NCBI GenBank assembly: GCA_024275415.1
Contig: JAJRZD010000050.1
Location: 1 to 32,000, forward strand
Origin: an archaeon
Lineage (GTDB): Archaea > Asgardarchaeota > Thorarchaeia > Thorarchaeales > Thorarchaeaceae
Reading direction: 5' to 3'
Length of the DNA stretch: 32,000 nt
Shown here one piece after another: positions 1-9,369 of the stretch. Numbering within the stretch: the first letter of the stretch is position 1; each line of letters opens with the position of its first letter. The notes below the pieces were generated by a model. The model searched no databases. It worked only from the letters and a program-made list of their open reading frames with translations, and was not told the DNA's origin. The translations under genes and the position numbers were made by a program.

Positions 1-1
1 A

Positions 2-1798
2 GAGGTCTCACCCGAAATCGCAAAGTATGACGGCATGTACTATGCAGAAACTGGTTTCCACCTGAAGCCACTTTACGAGGCAGACTTCACTGAGTTTTGG
101 ACGGAGGTTGAGTGGTTCAATGAAAAGAGCGTGGCTGTGTACAATCTCGCGTATGACCTCGTCAAGGGTCTCATTCCTCACGCGACTGTTTACCAGACCA
201 TGATAATGCCTCCGACTTGGGGAATTGGTGACGAACTCTGCGCAGCCTACGAGGTCAAGGCGGACGCTTACGCGACTGGCTGCTACTATGCGGAGAACAA
301 CCCGTGGTTGCTGTACGAGTCTATCAGGCGATACAAGGCATCAATGCCCGATAAGCCCATGTTCATGACAATCTGGGGCACAATATGGGACTTCCTCAAT
401 GAGGCTGGCGATGGGCTATACTATCGATATGGTAGCTTTGAGCAGATCCGTAGGGAGAGCTGGGTGACCTATGTATCCGGTGCAGATACGATTGGCTATT
501 TTGACTGGGGACCCGAGGCAAACAACAGCTATGATTGGCGCTGGGGACATGACCGGACCGATGTGCTTGGACGGCGGTTATGGGTCTACATCAATAACAT
601 AGCAGGGCAGTTATCATGGCTACCCACTCTCAGGTCAAGACCAGAGGTGCTCGCAGTTGGCAATGGTTATCAGACAGGGGAGGCAATACCTCATGTTTCT
701 CACCTCAAACTCTTCACCGAGTACGACCTTGTGAACCAGCGCCGTTTTGCAAAAGCAGACATTGACTTATCAAACTATTCGCTCACTCTGATGACCGACC
801 CTTGGCACTATAATGCGACAGTCCAGAAGCTGGACGAGTACGTGGCTAATGGCGGAAACCTAGTCTTCCTTGGGGGCATCCACGATGACCTATCCCCCGA
901 CTCCCCGAGGGCCAGATACAGCATTGAAACGAACACGAGCGAAGTGTGGTTCTCTGAACACATCCGTTTCAATGTCACGGAGCCGAATCTCCTTGATCTC
1001 AATTTCGTTCACGATGCACCTTATCATGAAACCCTGATGCTTGAAACGGCAAACATGACGGGTGATTTCCATCCAATCGGACAAGCGTTCCGATTCGAGA
1101 ATGATGTTCCCATTGCATTGAATGCATCGTCACTTGTGCTGTACCACAACTCCTCTCGTCCGAACAGTGGATGGGTCCTGTATAGTGGCACAATACACAC
1201 ATCCACCGAGCCAAACGTCACCGCAGAGAACTATGATTTTGATAATGAGCCCACACTTCGTGCGTTCTACCGTACTATTGTTCGGGCGTTTGCAGATTTC
1301 CTGAACATCACGAACTCGATCTCCCGGAATGACACCGAGAACCTCCTGATAACGCAGGGTCTTGTCGATGAGAACATCCTGATGGCTGCAATCTGCAATT
1401 TCGACGGCTCGCCACGCTCTTTCAACTACACTGTTGACCTTGACAAATTCGATCTGCCAGACGGCACATACTACGTGCACTCGCTGGACGAGAATATGTC
1501 ACTGGGAGCATACGGGACTGTTGATTCGATCCTCACGGTGCCAATGGATATCGTCACCAATGGCACAAGACTCCTGCTGATATCACAAGACCCACCTCAT
1601 CCCGACTATGCTATCAACGTGTTTCCTAAGGTTCCTACAGCAAGTGATCTACCACCTCTCCTAACTACAACCACTACGATACCTATCTCCGATGACACCT
1701 TCAACACAGTCCTGATGGTGCTAGTGGTTGGTTCAGGTGTGTCATTGGTCACTGTGGTAATCATCAATAGGAGAAAGACGCATGGTAAGAACCTTTGA
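2..1798 (+). CDS. Membrane-anchored glycoside-hydrolase-like surface protein (GH42/beta-galactosidase-like), 5'-partial
   Basis: Frame is open from the window edge (first ATG at 35). RRESWVTYVSGADTIGYFDW resembles the end of a GH42-type TIM barrel and LDEYVANGGNLV resembles its trimerisation domain. Many N-x-S/T sequons; TTTTT linker, C-terminal TM helix and RRK tail. Confidence 0.55.
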   Translation, partial: EVSPEIAKYDGMYYAETGFHLKPLYEADFTEFWTEVEWFNEKSVAVYNLAYDLVKGLIPHATVYQTMIMPPTWGIGDELCAAYEVKADAYATGCYYAENNPWLLYESIRRYKASMPDKPMFMTIWGTIWDFLNEAGDGLYYRYGSFEQIRRESWVTYVSGADTIGYFDWGPEANNSYDWRWGHDRTDVLGRRLWVYINNIAGQLSWLPTLRSRPEVLAVGNGYQTGEAIPHVSHLKLFTEYDLVNQRRFAKADIDLSNYSLTLMTDPWHYNATVQKLDEYVANGGNLVFLGGIHDDLSPDSPRARYSIETNTSEVWFSEHIRFNVTEPNLLDLNFVHDAPYHETLMLETANMTGDFHPIGQAFRFENDVPIALNASSLVLYHNSSRPNSGWVLYSGTIHTSTEPNVTAENYDFDNEPTLRAFYRTIVRAFADFLNITNSISRNDTENLLITQGLVDENILMAAICNFDGSPRSFNYTVDLDKFDLPDGTYYVHSLDENMSLGAYGTVDSILTVPMDIVTNGTRLLLISQDPPHPDYAINVFPKVPTASDLPPLLTTTTTIPISDDTFNTVLMVLVVGSGVSLVTVVIINRRKTHGKNL

Positions 1799-1933
1799 GA
1801 ATGGTCAATCCATTGGGATTCCACACGGGTCTGGTACTCACGTACAGGGAATATCCCAATCGAATTGCTTGATCCTATGATTAAGGCAGAATAACTGTTT
1901 CAATCCCCGTAATGTGGGATCTGGATTCATAAC

Positions 1934-3238
1934 TTATCTTTTCACGCATTCAAGAATAATGAATTGAGTCCACCTGTCCGCATCAAAGGCAAGAAACCTC
2001 GGATGTTCCTGAATGTCCTCAATGGATGGCCGAGGTTCCACAATCTCAGAGATGGCAAAGCCAGCCTCTTTCAGAGCTGCACTATATTCGCTGAGAGTGC
2101 GATGGAATTGCCAGATAGGAGTGTTCAACCAATCAACCAAAGTACCACCCGAATCAAAGTATCGGTCGATCATTTTCAGGTATCGGTCCTCACCTCTTGG
2201 AGAGTCCAATGGGAACCGGATATCCACCGCGCCTATATATCCGAACACAGGATGGGGATTTGACCAGATGAACCTCCCGTCAGTCTTGAGTACGCGATGG
2301 ATCTCTCGGAACGCATTCTGGTAGTCTTGCACATCAGTTATGACCACGTTAGAGACCACCAAGTCAAATGTTTCGTTCTCGATATCATCCATCTCTGTTA
2401 TCGAACAATGGACGAACTCGCATCCGAGCTTCAACTCTTCTTCCTTCTGTCTGCAGAAATCGATGAATGTTTGTGAGTAGTCAACGCCTACAACTAAGGC
2501 GCCTTTTCGCGCGAGGTCCCGTGAGAAGTACCCGTTCCCGCATCCTGCATCAAGCACGCGAAGACCGGACACATCACCGATCAATGTCCACATTGCTGGG
2601 TCTATAACGAGTTCTCTGTTAGCATCCCGTCCTCGGTACTTGATCCAGTAGGCACTGTTCTCTTCCCACCTGCTCTGTTGGTCTTTGGGATCAACCACAG
2701 AATCCAATACCGATTGTAGTGGAGTGAAGAGCTTCAACTCCCTTCGCAATCGTAGCACACGATTCTCAATTCTCAGTGCAGCTTCCAACTCGATCTCCTC
2801 TCCTACCCGTGCACTCTCTGGAGTCCATGGCTTGACCTCTGGGTCACAGTCACCATCTGACAGCCCAACACCAACATACGAATGTTGCCAAGGATGCATG
2901 CCTTGGAACTCAGCATACAACAGGTCATAATGGTGAGTGCCGCACTCCTCGCAATGGAATTCGTAGGCATACGTTCTGTCCCAGAAGGATACAGGCTTCA
3001 AACGAGGAGGATTGCAGGTCCCGCATACGAGTTTCTGGGTGCTAGGGCACCAATAGAACCAACCAAAGTGATGCTCTCTGCTGCAATTGGCACATCGAAA
3101 GCGAGAATGCATCGAGCACCGATAGACGAACGAATCAAAGGTGTAGTCCCCTTTTCTGATGGGGTAGTCATTCTCGTATTGCTGAATCTTATTGCAGTAG
3201 AAGCAAGGCTGGTATTCTGCCGGCTCATAGAATCGCAT
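1934..3238 (-). CDS. Class I SAM-dependent methyltransferase with N-terminal Cys/His-rich (multi-zinc) domain
   Basis: Motif I VLDAGCGNG, then GVDYS, FDLVVS and VLKTDGRF. The first ~100 aa carry CFYC, CSMH, CANC, HH, CGTC and CEEC. Confidence 0.85.
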   Translation of the reverse strand: MRFYEPAEYQPCFYCNKIQQYENDYPIRKGDYTFDSFVYRCSMHSRFRCANCSREHHFGWFYWCPSTQKLVCGTCNPPRLKPVSFWDRTYAYEFHCEECGTHHYDLLYAEFQGMHPWQHSYVGVGLSDGDCDPEVKPWTPESARVGEEIELEAALRIENRVLRLRRELKLFTPLQSVLDSVVDPKDQQSRWEENSAYWIKYRGRDANRELVIDPAMWTLIGDVSGLRVLDAGCGNGYFSRDLARKGALVVGVDYSQTFIDFCRQKEEELKLGCEFVHCSITEMDDIENETFDLVVSNVVITDVQDYQNAFREIHRVLKTDGRFIWSNPHPVFGYIGAVDIRFPLDSPRGEDRYLKMIDRYFDSGGTLVDWLNTPIWQFHRTLSEYSAALKEAGFAISEIVEPRPSIEDIQEHPRFLAFDADRWTQFIILECVKR

Positions 3239-3340
3239 GCTATAATCTCATGTTCTTCATCTTTTTAATCTGACACCTATATTGTGTTGTGACACAGGAC
3301 AATTTTGTTAAGTATACTTGTTCTACACCAACACAGGATA
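3239..3340. promoter_or_regulatory. Divergent archaeal promoter region
   Basis: TTAAGTA at 3308-3314 lies ~27-33 nt upstream of ATG 3341 (+). TTAAAAAG on the minus strand (3261-3268) lies ~23-30 nt upstream of ATG 3238. Confidence 0.4.
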
Positions 3341-3916
3341 ATGTCCGAGAACATCGAACTATTGATACTCGAAGCAAAAAGCGCTGCACTCAAAGGGAAC
3401 ATGAACAGAGCCCGCGCCTTGTTTCGGAGAATCCTGAAGTTAGACCCGGAGAATCTTGACGCACTTATCTCGTTTGGCGTCCTTTTGAACTCCTCGCACC
3501 GATCTGCAGAAAAAGCGATGAAGCATCTTGCAAAAGCGGTAAGATTGGATCCCACGAACGGCATAGCATGGGCTCATCTGGGAGAGTCATTGATCCTGTT
3601 GAAGCGATACAATACGGCTGAGGAGTACATCAGACGGGCTACGAAGTTGAATCCTGAGAATGCAAGGAACTGGCATCGTCTGGGAAATGTGCTGGAAAAG
3701 AAAGGCAAGTACGAATAGGCGGCGGCGATGGTCCAGACATCACTGCAGATGGACGACACCGAGGAAACAGCGTGGCTCTCTCTTGGACGAATCTACATGA
3801 AACTCAGAGAATACGAGAAGGCGCACGATGCCTTTACTTTTGCACTCAAACTCGACCCCGATAACACGTACGCGAAAGAGTTTCTAAAAAAGGTAGGTTC
3901 ACTCCTTGGGGATTAA
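3341..3916 (+). pseudogene. TPR-repeat protein interrupted by one in-frame TAG at 3716-3718 (nonsense mutation, sequencing error or readthrough)
   Basis: ORFs 3305-3718 and 3728-3916 are in the same frame. TPR consensus continues across the stop: WHRLGNVLEKKGKYE*AAAMVQTSLQMDDTEETAWLSLG. Likely start is ATG 3341. Confidence 0.75.
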
Positions 3917-4428
3917 TGAAGAGGATTTATCTATCATATCACTATTTACTCATTTGGGAGATCCTGTTGGTAGATAGGTACGTTGACATCTCTCAATACG
4001 ACTTTGAGAAGGCACTAAAGAAGTTCAACCCCCGGCTTGTCAAGCCCGAGGGAGTCTTTGAAGCGGTCTACAAGATTCCACTGGAGAACGGGCTTTCGAT
4101 ATGGGTGTACTCCACTATCGACACTCAGACAGGGGTTTCACGTGAGAAGGGCAGTGATGCGATCAGGACAATCCTCATGTTCGATGACAGGAAAATTGTC
4201 GAAGCTGCCCCAAAGACACTCAGGACAACAAACTGGGATGACAATCTTATCGAGAAGATTGAGAGCCTTATCGAGATGACAACCGACTATCTCGATCCCA
4301 GTGGTCATCCGCTCATCAAGAAAAAGAAGAAGGACGGGAAAGGCTCATTCTATGGATGTGCTCTCTATCCCGAATGCAAATACATCTACAAAGGCGAGAA
4401 GCCACTTGGTGACCTGTTCTCAGGCTAG
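3916..4428 (+). CDS. Hypothetical protein with degenerate C-terminal topoisomerase-type zinc ribbon (zf-C4_Topoisom-like)
   Basis: C-terminus DPSGHPLIKKKKKDGKGSFYGCALYPECKY matches the FxGCxxYPxC half of the ribbon. ATG overlaps the upstream TAA (TAATG); true start may be the TTG at ~3967. Confidence 0.6.
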   Translation: MKRIYLSYHYLLIWEILLVDRYVDISQYDFEKALKKFNPRLVKPEGVFEAVYKIPLENGLSIWVYSTIDTQTGVSREKGSDAIRTILMFDDRKIVEAAPKTLRTTNWDDNLIEKIESLIEMTTDYLDPSGHPLIKKKKKDGKGSFYGCALYPECKYIYKGEKPLGDLFSG

Positions 4429-4527
4429 TCCTTACAGCACTATCACCAAGCCTTTCTTAACATACTCCTAGCGTTTGTATTTCCCAAAAGACTATATCAC
4501 CGACATACAATTGGGCTGTTCAAACCG

Positions 4528-5259
4528 GTGAGGAAAGTGAATGGAGAGATAAGAGCAGAACAACACGACTCTATTGTCACAATTACAATCTCGCGTCCTG
4601 ATAAGTTGAATAGTGTGACAGGAGAGATGCTTGACGACTTTGCCGATAAAGTGTCCAAGTTCACGAACGACCCAGATATTCTTGGCATTGTCTTTACAGG
4701 AGATGGCGAGAAGGCATTCTGTGCTGGTTTTGACCTAAGGATGATTACGAGTTTCAGCAAAGAGGAAAAGCATGACTTCTTCAAGAAGCTAGAGAATATC
4801 ATTCGAAGCATCCGGCATGCGCGACACTGCATCACGATTGCCGCAGTGAATGGCTATGCCATCGGTTTTGGAGCCATGGTGGCAAGTGCTTGTGACTTCA
4901 GGTTCTTTGCTGAGAACGCTGCATTCAGGCTTCCTGAGATTGATGTCGGTGTCTTCCCCGGCGCTGGTGCAGCCTCTAACCTCATCCACCTCGTTGGACC
5001 CGCTCGCACAAAGGACATCCTGCTTACTGGAAGGATGGTTCACGCTGATGAGTGCCAACGGATTGGTATTGCAGATAGAATCATTCCACAAGACAAGCTT
5101 ATGAGTACCGTCATAGACCATATTGATAGCCTGATCAAGAAGGATCGGGCGATTCTGTTAAGAACGAAGAGCCTTATCGATACGATGACCGGACGAACGG
5201 TAGGCGGGGCTGATGAAACTGAAGCGACGTTCCTAGACGAGTGGTTAAGCGAGCTGTAG
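4528..5259 (+). CDS. Enoyl-CoA hydratase/isomerase (crotonase) family protein
   Basis: ITISRPDKLNS, FCAGFDL, AAVNGYAIGFG, FRLPEIDVGVFPGAG and LLTGR motifs; GTG start. Confidence 0.93.
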   Translation: MRKVNGEIRAEQHDSIVTITISRPDKLNSVTGEMLDDFADKVSKFTNDPDILGIVFTGDGEKAFCAGFDLRMITSFSKEEKHDFFKKLENIIRSIRHARHCITIAAVNGYAIGFGAMVASACDFRFFAENAAFRLPEIDVGVFPGAGAASNLIHLVGPARTKDILLTGRMVHADECQRIGIADRIIPQDKLMSTVIDHIDSLIKKDRAILLRTKSLIDTMTGRTVGGADETEATFLDEWLSEL

Positions 5260-5356
5260 ATGAATTATATTAAGGGAAAGCACCCTGAAACTAGCGAGCG
5301 TCAAGAAACCCCGTAGTCAATGCCCATTAGGTAGATGAACCAAGCCACAGGGATCT

Positions 5357-6310
5357 CTATATTTGCTCCAGTTCTTTTTGCAATTTGAAGAGCTTCTTTG
5401 CCAAATCAATAAGAAGAGTCCTATCTTCGACACCTTCGACCCATTCAGTTGGTAGTGCATCCCGTCCCAATCTTGCACCTGCGATAGCCCCTGCAATGCA
5501 CGCCTTAGAATCTGTGTCACCTCCCGAATTCGCGGCTTCAAGGACGCAGTCTTTGAATGAGTACGGATGTTTGATGTTCGCATAGACGGCACCCGCAACC
5601 GCTTCCTCAGCTACCCACCCGGCTCCAAGCATAATATGAGCGTCTTTTAGGTCTTCCATCCCCAGCACAATAGGAACCCTCATTATATATTTTGCAAATT
5701 CCTCGCTGATTCGAGCACTTTTTCGAATCAATTCGACAAGTATGTCAGCTGTATTGGTGCCATCAAGAGACCTTGCCACGAGGAATGCCGTGGCGAAGGA
5801 ACCGGCAGTCGCACATGGGTGTCCGTGTGTCATCAGCGACACGTGTGACGCCATGTTTGTCAATGCATCAATAGCGTGCGGATACGCAAGCCCGATAGGA
5901 GCAGCCCTCATGGCAGTACCGCAACCTTTTGAATGGACGACGCCCGATTCAGACCAATGGATGCCTGACTTGAGATTGTTGACTCCCCTCATGCAGCTGT
6001 TTCCAGGTGAACGTGTGCTGTCAGTGTTTTCCAACCAGTTGATGAACGCCCGTGTCATGCTCTCCATTATCGATTCAGTCCCAAAATCCTCTGCACCTAA
6101 AAGCCCTCTTGCCACAGCAATTGACATCTCAGTGTCATCAGTATAAGAACCTGGACTCAAGCCTCTGAATGGATAGAATGAACGAATCCCGTCTGGGGGC
6201 CACCTCGTCCGTATCTCATCATATGACAGGGACTCAGCAGGCGCCCCTAATGCATCTCCAATCGCAAGTCCCAGTAAGCAACCTTCATAGTGTGAACGCA
6301 CATCTGACAT
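5357..6310 (-). CDS. ADP-ribosylglycohydrolase (DraG/ARH family)
   Basis: GLAIGDALGAP, YTDDTEMS, GCGTAMRAAPIG, THGHP and GGDTDSKACIAGAIAGA; metal-binding Asp motifs are intact. Confidence 0.95.
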   Translation of the reverse strand: MSDVRSHYEGCLLGLAIGDALGAPAESLSYDEIRTRWPPDGIRSFYPFRGLSPGSYTDDTEMSIAVARGLLGAEDFGTESIMESMTRAFINWLENTDSTRSPGNSCMRGVNNLKSGIHWSESGVVHSKGCGTAMRAAPIGLAYPHAIDALTNMASHVSLMTHGHPCATAGSFATAFLVARSLDGTNTADILVELIRKSARISEEFAKYIMRVPIVLGMEDLKDAHIMLGAGWVAEEAVAGAVYANIKHPYSFKDCVLEAANSGGDTDSKACIAGAIAGARLGRDALPTEWVEGVEDRTLLIDLAKKLFKLQKELEQI

Positions 6311-6335
6311 GAAACCTCTCTATACTGTCCCATGA

Positions 6336-6341
6336 TTATAA
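6336..6341 (-). promoter_or_regulatory. TATA box of the ADP-ribosylglycohydrolase gene (probably leaderless transcript)
   Basis: TTATAA ends 26 nt upstream of ATG 6310, the canonical archaeal spacing to a start site. Confidence 0.5.
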
Positions 6342-6364
6342 GTATGTATCTCAACACAACCTGT

Positions 6365-6660
6365 TCAGCTAGCAGTTCCTGATATACCCACTATTGAACT
6401 TGTCACTTCAGCAGGAGAAATCTGGAGTAAACCCCAGTATGCGGACAGGGCCCAACTAGCATAGGTCGTAACGGCGTTGATGTGACGGTCTACGACATGT
6501 CCGCACGACCTACACTGCACTACTGTCTTACTACATGGTCTACATGCCCCTTTGCGTCCCCTCTCCTCAAGGTGGAAGGTGTCATCCCACGACCTTTTGC
6601 CATAATCCCAATCCTTTCTATCATACCTGATGGCAAGATCGGTAAGGCTTTTCGCCTCCG
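6365..6660 (-). mobile_element. Decayed TnpB-like (IS200/IS605 OrfB / Cas12f-like) C-terminal fragment
   Basis: My translation of a Met-less minus frame gives ...RKDWDYGKR...EERGRKGACRPCSKTVVQCRSCGHVVDRHINAVTTYASWAL...ISPAEVTS...*. Two CxxC pairs followed by DRHINAV resemble the TnpB CxxCGxxxDRDxNAAxNI zinc-ribbon/RuvC-III motif. No start codon, RuvC-I or tnpA. Confidence 0.5.
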
Positions 6661-6680
6661 ACCAACACTCCGCCGGGGAA

Positions 6681-8815
6681 CTCTCAATCTTCTTTTCTGA
6701 AGCTTAGTCGATCCGGCCTTGATCTGTTTTATAAATTATTCATGAACAGTCTATACTTTCAATCTTCTTTTCTGAAGCTTAGTCGATTCGGCATCCTCGT
6801 CGCAACGAATTCTATTAGTTCTTCTTGGGTCTTTCAATCTTCTTTTCTGAAGCTTAGTCGATTCGGCGCCCGTGGAACAGGTCCGTGCCGGTGGGGTCCT
6901 CCACTTTCAATCTTCTTTTCTGAAGCTTAGTCGATTCGGCACTAGTGAACGCAAGAATCTCAATCGAAACCTACGAAACCTTTCAATCTTCTTTTCTGAA
7001 GCTTAGTCGATTCGGCACATATTCAAAGCAAGAGCATCATTATACTTCATAAAACTTTCAATCTTCTTTTCTGAAGCTTAGTCGATTCGGCCTTCTCTCC
7101 GCCCCACGTGGGCATCGTGAAGTTGATCCTTTCAATCTTCTTTTCTGAAGCTTAGTCGATTCGGCCTCTCCTCACAGCGAACTGCGTCGCCCCATACTAT
7201 GCCGTCTTTCAATCTTCTTTTCTGAAGCTTAGTCGATTCGGCGAATCAATCCGCACGCGGGGCATCCTACAGCCACTTACTTTCAATCTTCTTTTCTGAA
7301 GCTTAGTCGATTCGGCACAAATAGTATTTCAACACTATCACTAGAGATTTGGACTTTCAATCTTCTTTTCTGAAGCTTAGTCGATTCGGCTTTGCACAGG
7401 CAATCGGCCTTAACCATTACAACATTGTCCTTTCAATCTTCTTTTCTGAAGCTTAGTCGATTCGGCGTCCGTAAGGACGTGGAGAAACGAGACGGTTGGG
7501 AAAATGCTTTCAATCTTCTTTTCTGAAGCTTAGTCGATTCGGCACAAGGCACACATACCCAGGGGGTACTACGAGGGGCCACTTTCAATCTTCTTTTCTG
7601 AAGCTTAGTCGATTCGGCCTCATATCAGAGCGGATCTACGGTGCAGGGCTCCTGCCTTTCAATCTTCTTTTCTGAAGCTTAGTCGATTCGGCTTCTTAGT
7701 CTTCTTGAGCACTGCTAGCAAAATGACTATCTTTCAATCTTCTTTTCTGAAGCTTAGTCGATTCGGCGCTATGATACAGTTGTATATCTTTAGTGGAAAC
7801 GCATTCTTTCAATCTTCTTTTCTGAAGCTTAGTCGATTCGGCGTTTCCCGTCTTGAATAGACGTTTTGGGACTGTTCGGCTTTCAATCTTCTTTTCTGAA
7901 GCTTAGTCGATTCGGCTGTAAGAACGACGTTGAGATAACTGCTAAGTTGGTCGAACTTTCAATCTTCTTTTCTGAAGCTTAGTCGATTCGGCGCCATAGC
8001 GGTGGTCGCCTTCGACACGAGGCCTGAGTGCCCTTTCAATCTTCTTTTCTGAAGCTTAGTCGATTCGGCACAACTATGCTCTCGATTGTTGAGATTGAAG
8101 GAGGCTTCTTTCAATCTTCTTTTCTGAAGCTTAGTCGATTCGGCGGGATTCTAGGTATTACACAACCCAATGCTCCGACCGACTTTCAATCTTCTTTTCT
8201 GAAGCTTAGTCGATTCGGCTTTTTCAAAGTGAAATGGGAGATCGAATGTGATTCGCTTTCAATCTTCTTTTCTGAAGCTTAGTCGATTCGGCGTAGGAGA
8301 CTGCTGACGATCCGCAGGCGACGACTGAACCTTTCAATCTTCTTTTCTGAAGCTTAGTCGATTCGGCTTCAGAAAATGAGGTGACGGGACGGGCCCGTTT
8401 GGTGACTTTCAATCTTCTTTTCTGAAGCTTAGTCGATTCGGCTTGGCGATGATGACCACACACAATATTTATTGGCAGACTTTCAATCTTCTTTTCTGAA
8501 GCTTAGTCGATTCGGCACCGTTCATATAGACGGTGGCAAAAACAACAGTATTGTCTTTCAATCTTCTTTTCTGAAGCTTAGTCGATTCGGCTGTAGTCCG
8601 GTGCAGAGCCTGGGCGCAGGTATCCCTCGACTTTCAATCTTCTTTTCTGAAGCTTAGTCGATTCGGCTGAAGCAGGTAATCCATCTGATACACACAAAGT
8701 CAGATCTTTCAATCTTCTTTTCTGAAGCTTAGTCGATTCGGCGAACCAAAAACGTATTGGAGTAATAGCCATTACAACCTTTCAATCTTCTTTTCTGAAG
8801 CTTAGTCGATTCGGC
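6681..8815 (-). CRISPR. CRISPR array: 29 repeats (37 nt), 28 spacers (36-40 nt), no cas genes in window
   Basis: 28 identical copies of CTTTCAATCTTCTTTTCTGAAGCTTAGTCGATTCGGC (6756-8815) plus a 2-mismatch copy at 6681-6717. The reverse complement ends in ATTGAAAG. The degenerate copy at low coordinates and the AT-rich flank at high coordinates give minus orientation. Confidence 0.99.
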
Positions 8816-8920
8816 CGCGTCAAAATAGTTGTTTTAGGATATAATTCTTTACCTGTGAGGGACGAATAGCGAAAACTGTCGATTTCCACTTTTTTGTTAA
8901 GGGGTATATATACATAATCG
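8816..8920 (-). promoter_or_regulatory. CRISPR leader with TATA-like elements
   Basis: AT-rich non-coding DNA next to the last perfect repeat. Minus-strand TTATAT at 8839-8844 and GTATATATAC at 8904-8913. Confidence 0.65.
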
Positions 8921-9369
8921 CAGGAGGATAAAAGGAATGAGTGCTCAAAAAAGCAGAATCCTAGCCTAATAACACTCTGAATTCTCCAATCTCGATGGGG
9001 GACTCATATTCGATGTGATAAATCACGGAATACGCCGCTAATCTGCTAAATCCTGTTCTAACGAGTTAGTACGGTTCTTTCGTGGTTATGAACGTCGGAA
9101 CGATGTGTACTGACATTATCATGGGATATGGTTCGATTTGCATTCAGCGCCATTGGGAAGAAACTATTAGAAAATCGACAGCCTGAATGAGTTGATGACC
9201 ATTGTTACTCCCGTATTGGGAGATAGAGAGCGGGTTTGCCATTTAGAAATATTGGATAGACCGAGCGGATTGATTTAGGAATGGGTGATGGTGGCTAGCA
9301 TTGCGACCACTCGCTTTATCAAGGGATTCAGCTCCTACTTTTGACCTCTAAGACAAGGATTGATACGAA

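Noticed and set aside
1812-1860. Imperfect inverted repeat between convergent genes
   Set aside because: Bulged stem, long loop and no T tract; weak support.
6614-6648. Possible older, highly degenerate repeat (CTTTCTATC...GGC)
   Set aside because: Only about two-thirds identity with several gaps, spacing of 67 nt versus the usual 73-77, and it overlaps the TnpB-like frame; not distinguishable from chance.
6742-8772. ORFs inside the CRISPR array (FQSSFLKLSRFG / AESTKLQKRRLK repeats)
   Set aside because: They are translations of the repeat, not genes.
7409-8778. Two spacers share TA-x-CCATTACAAC
   Set aside because: A 12/13 match with unrelated flanks is too short to indicate a shared protospacer.
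6718-8778. Self-targeting spacers within the window
   Set aside because: None seen by eye; a BLAST is needed to exclude them properly.
6365-8815. A functional type V (Cas12f/TnpB) CRISPR system
   Set aside because: The nuclease is only a startless C-terminal fragment with Asp replaced by His, the repeat looks Cas6/class 1, and I found no anti-repeat by eye in 6311-6680 or 8816-9369.
8937-8969. 10-codon ORF MSAQKSRILA with AGGAGG upstream
   Set aside because: Too short, at the leader edge, and no other support.
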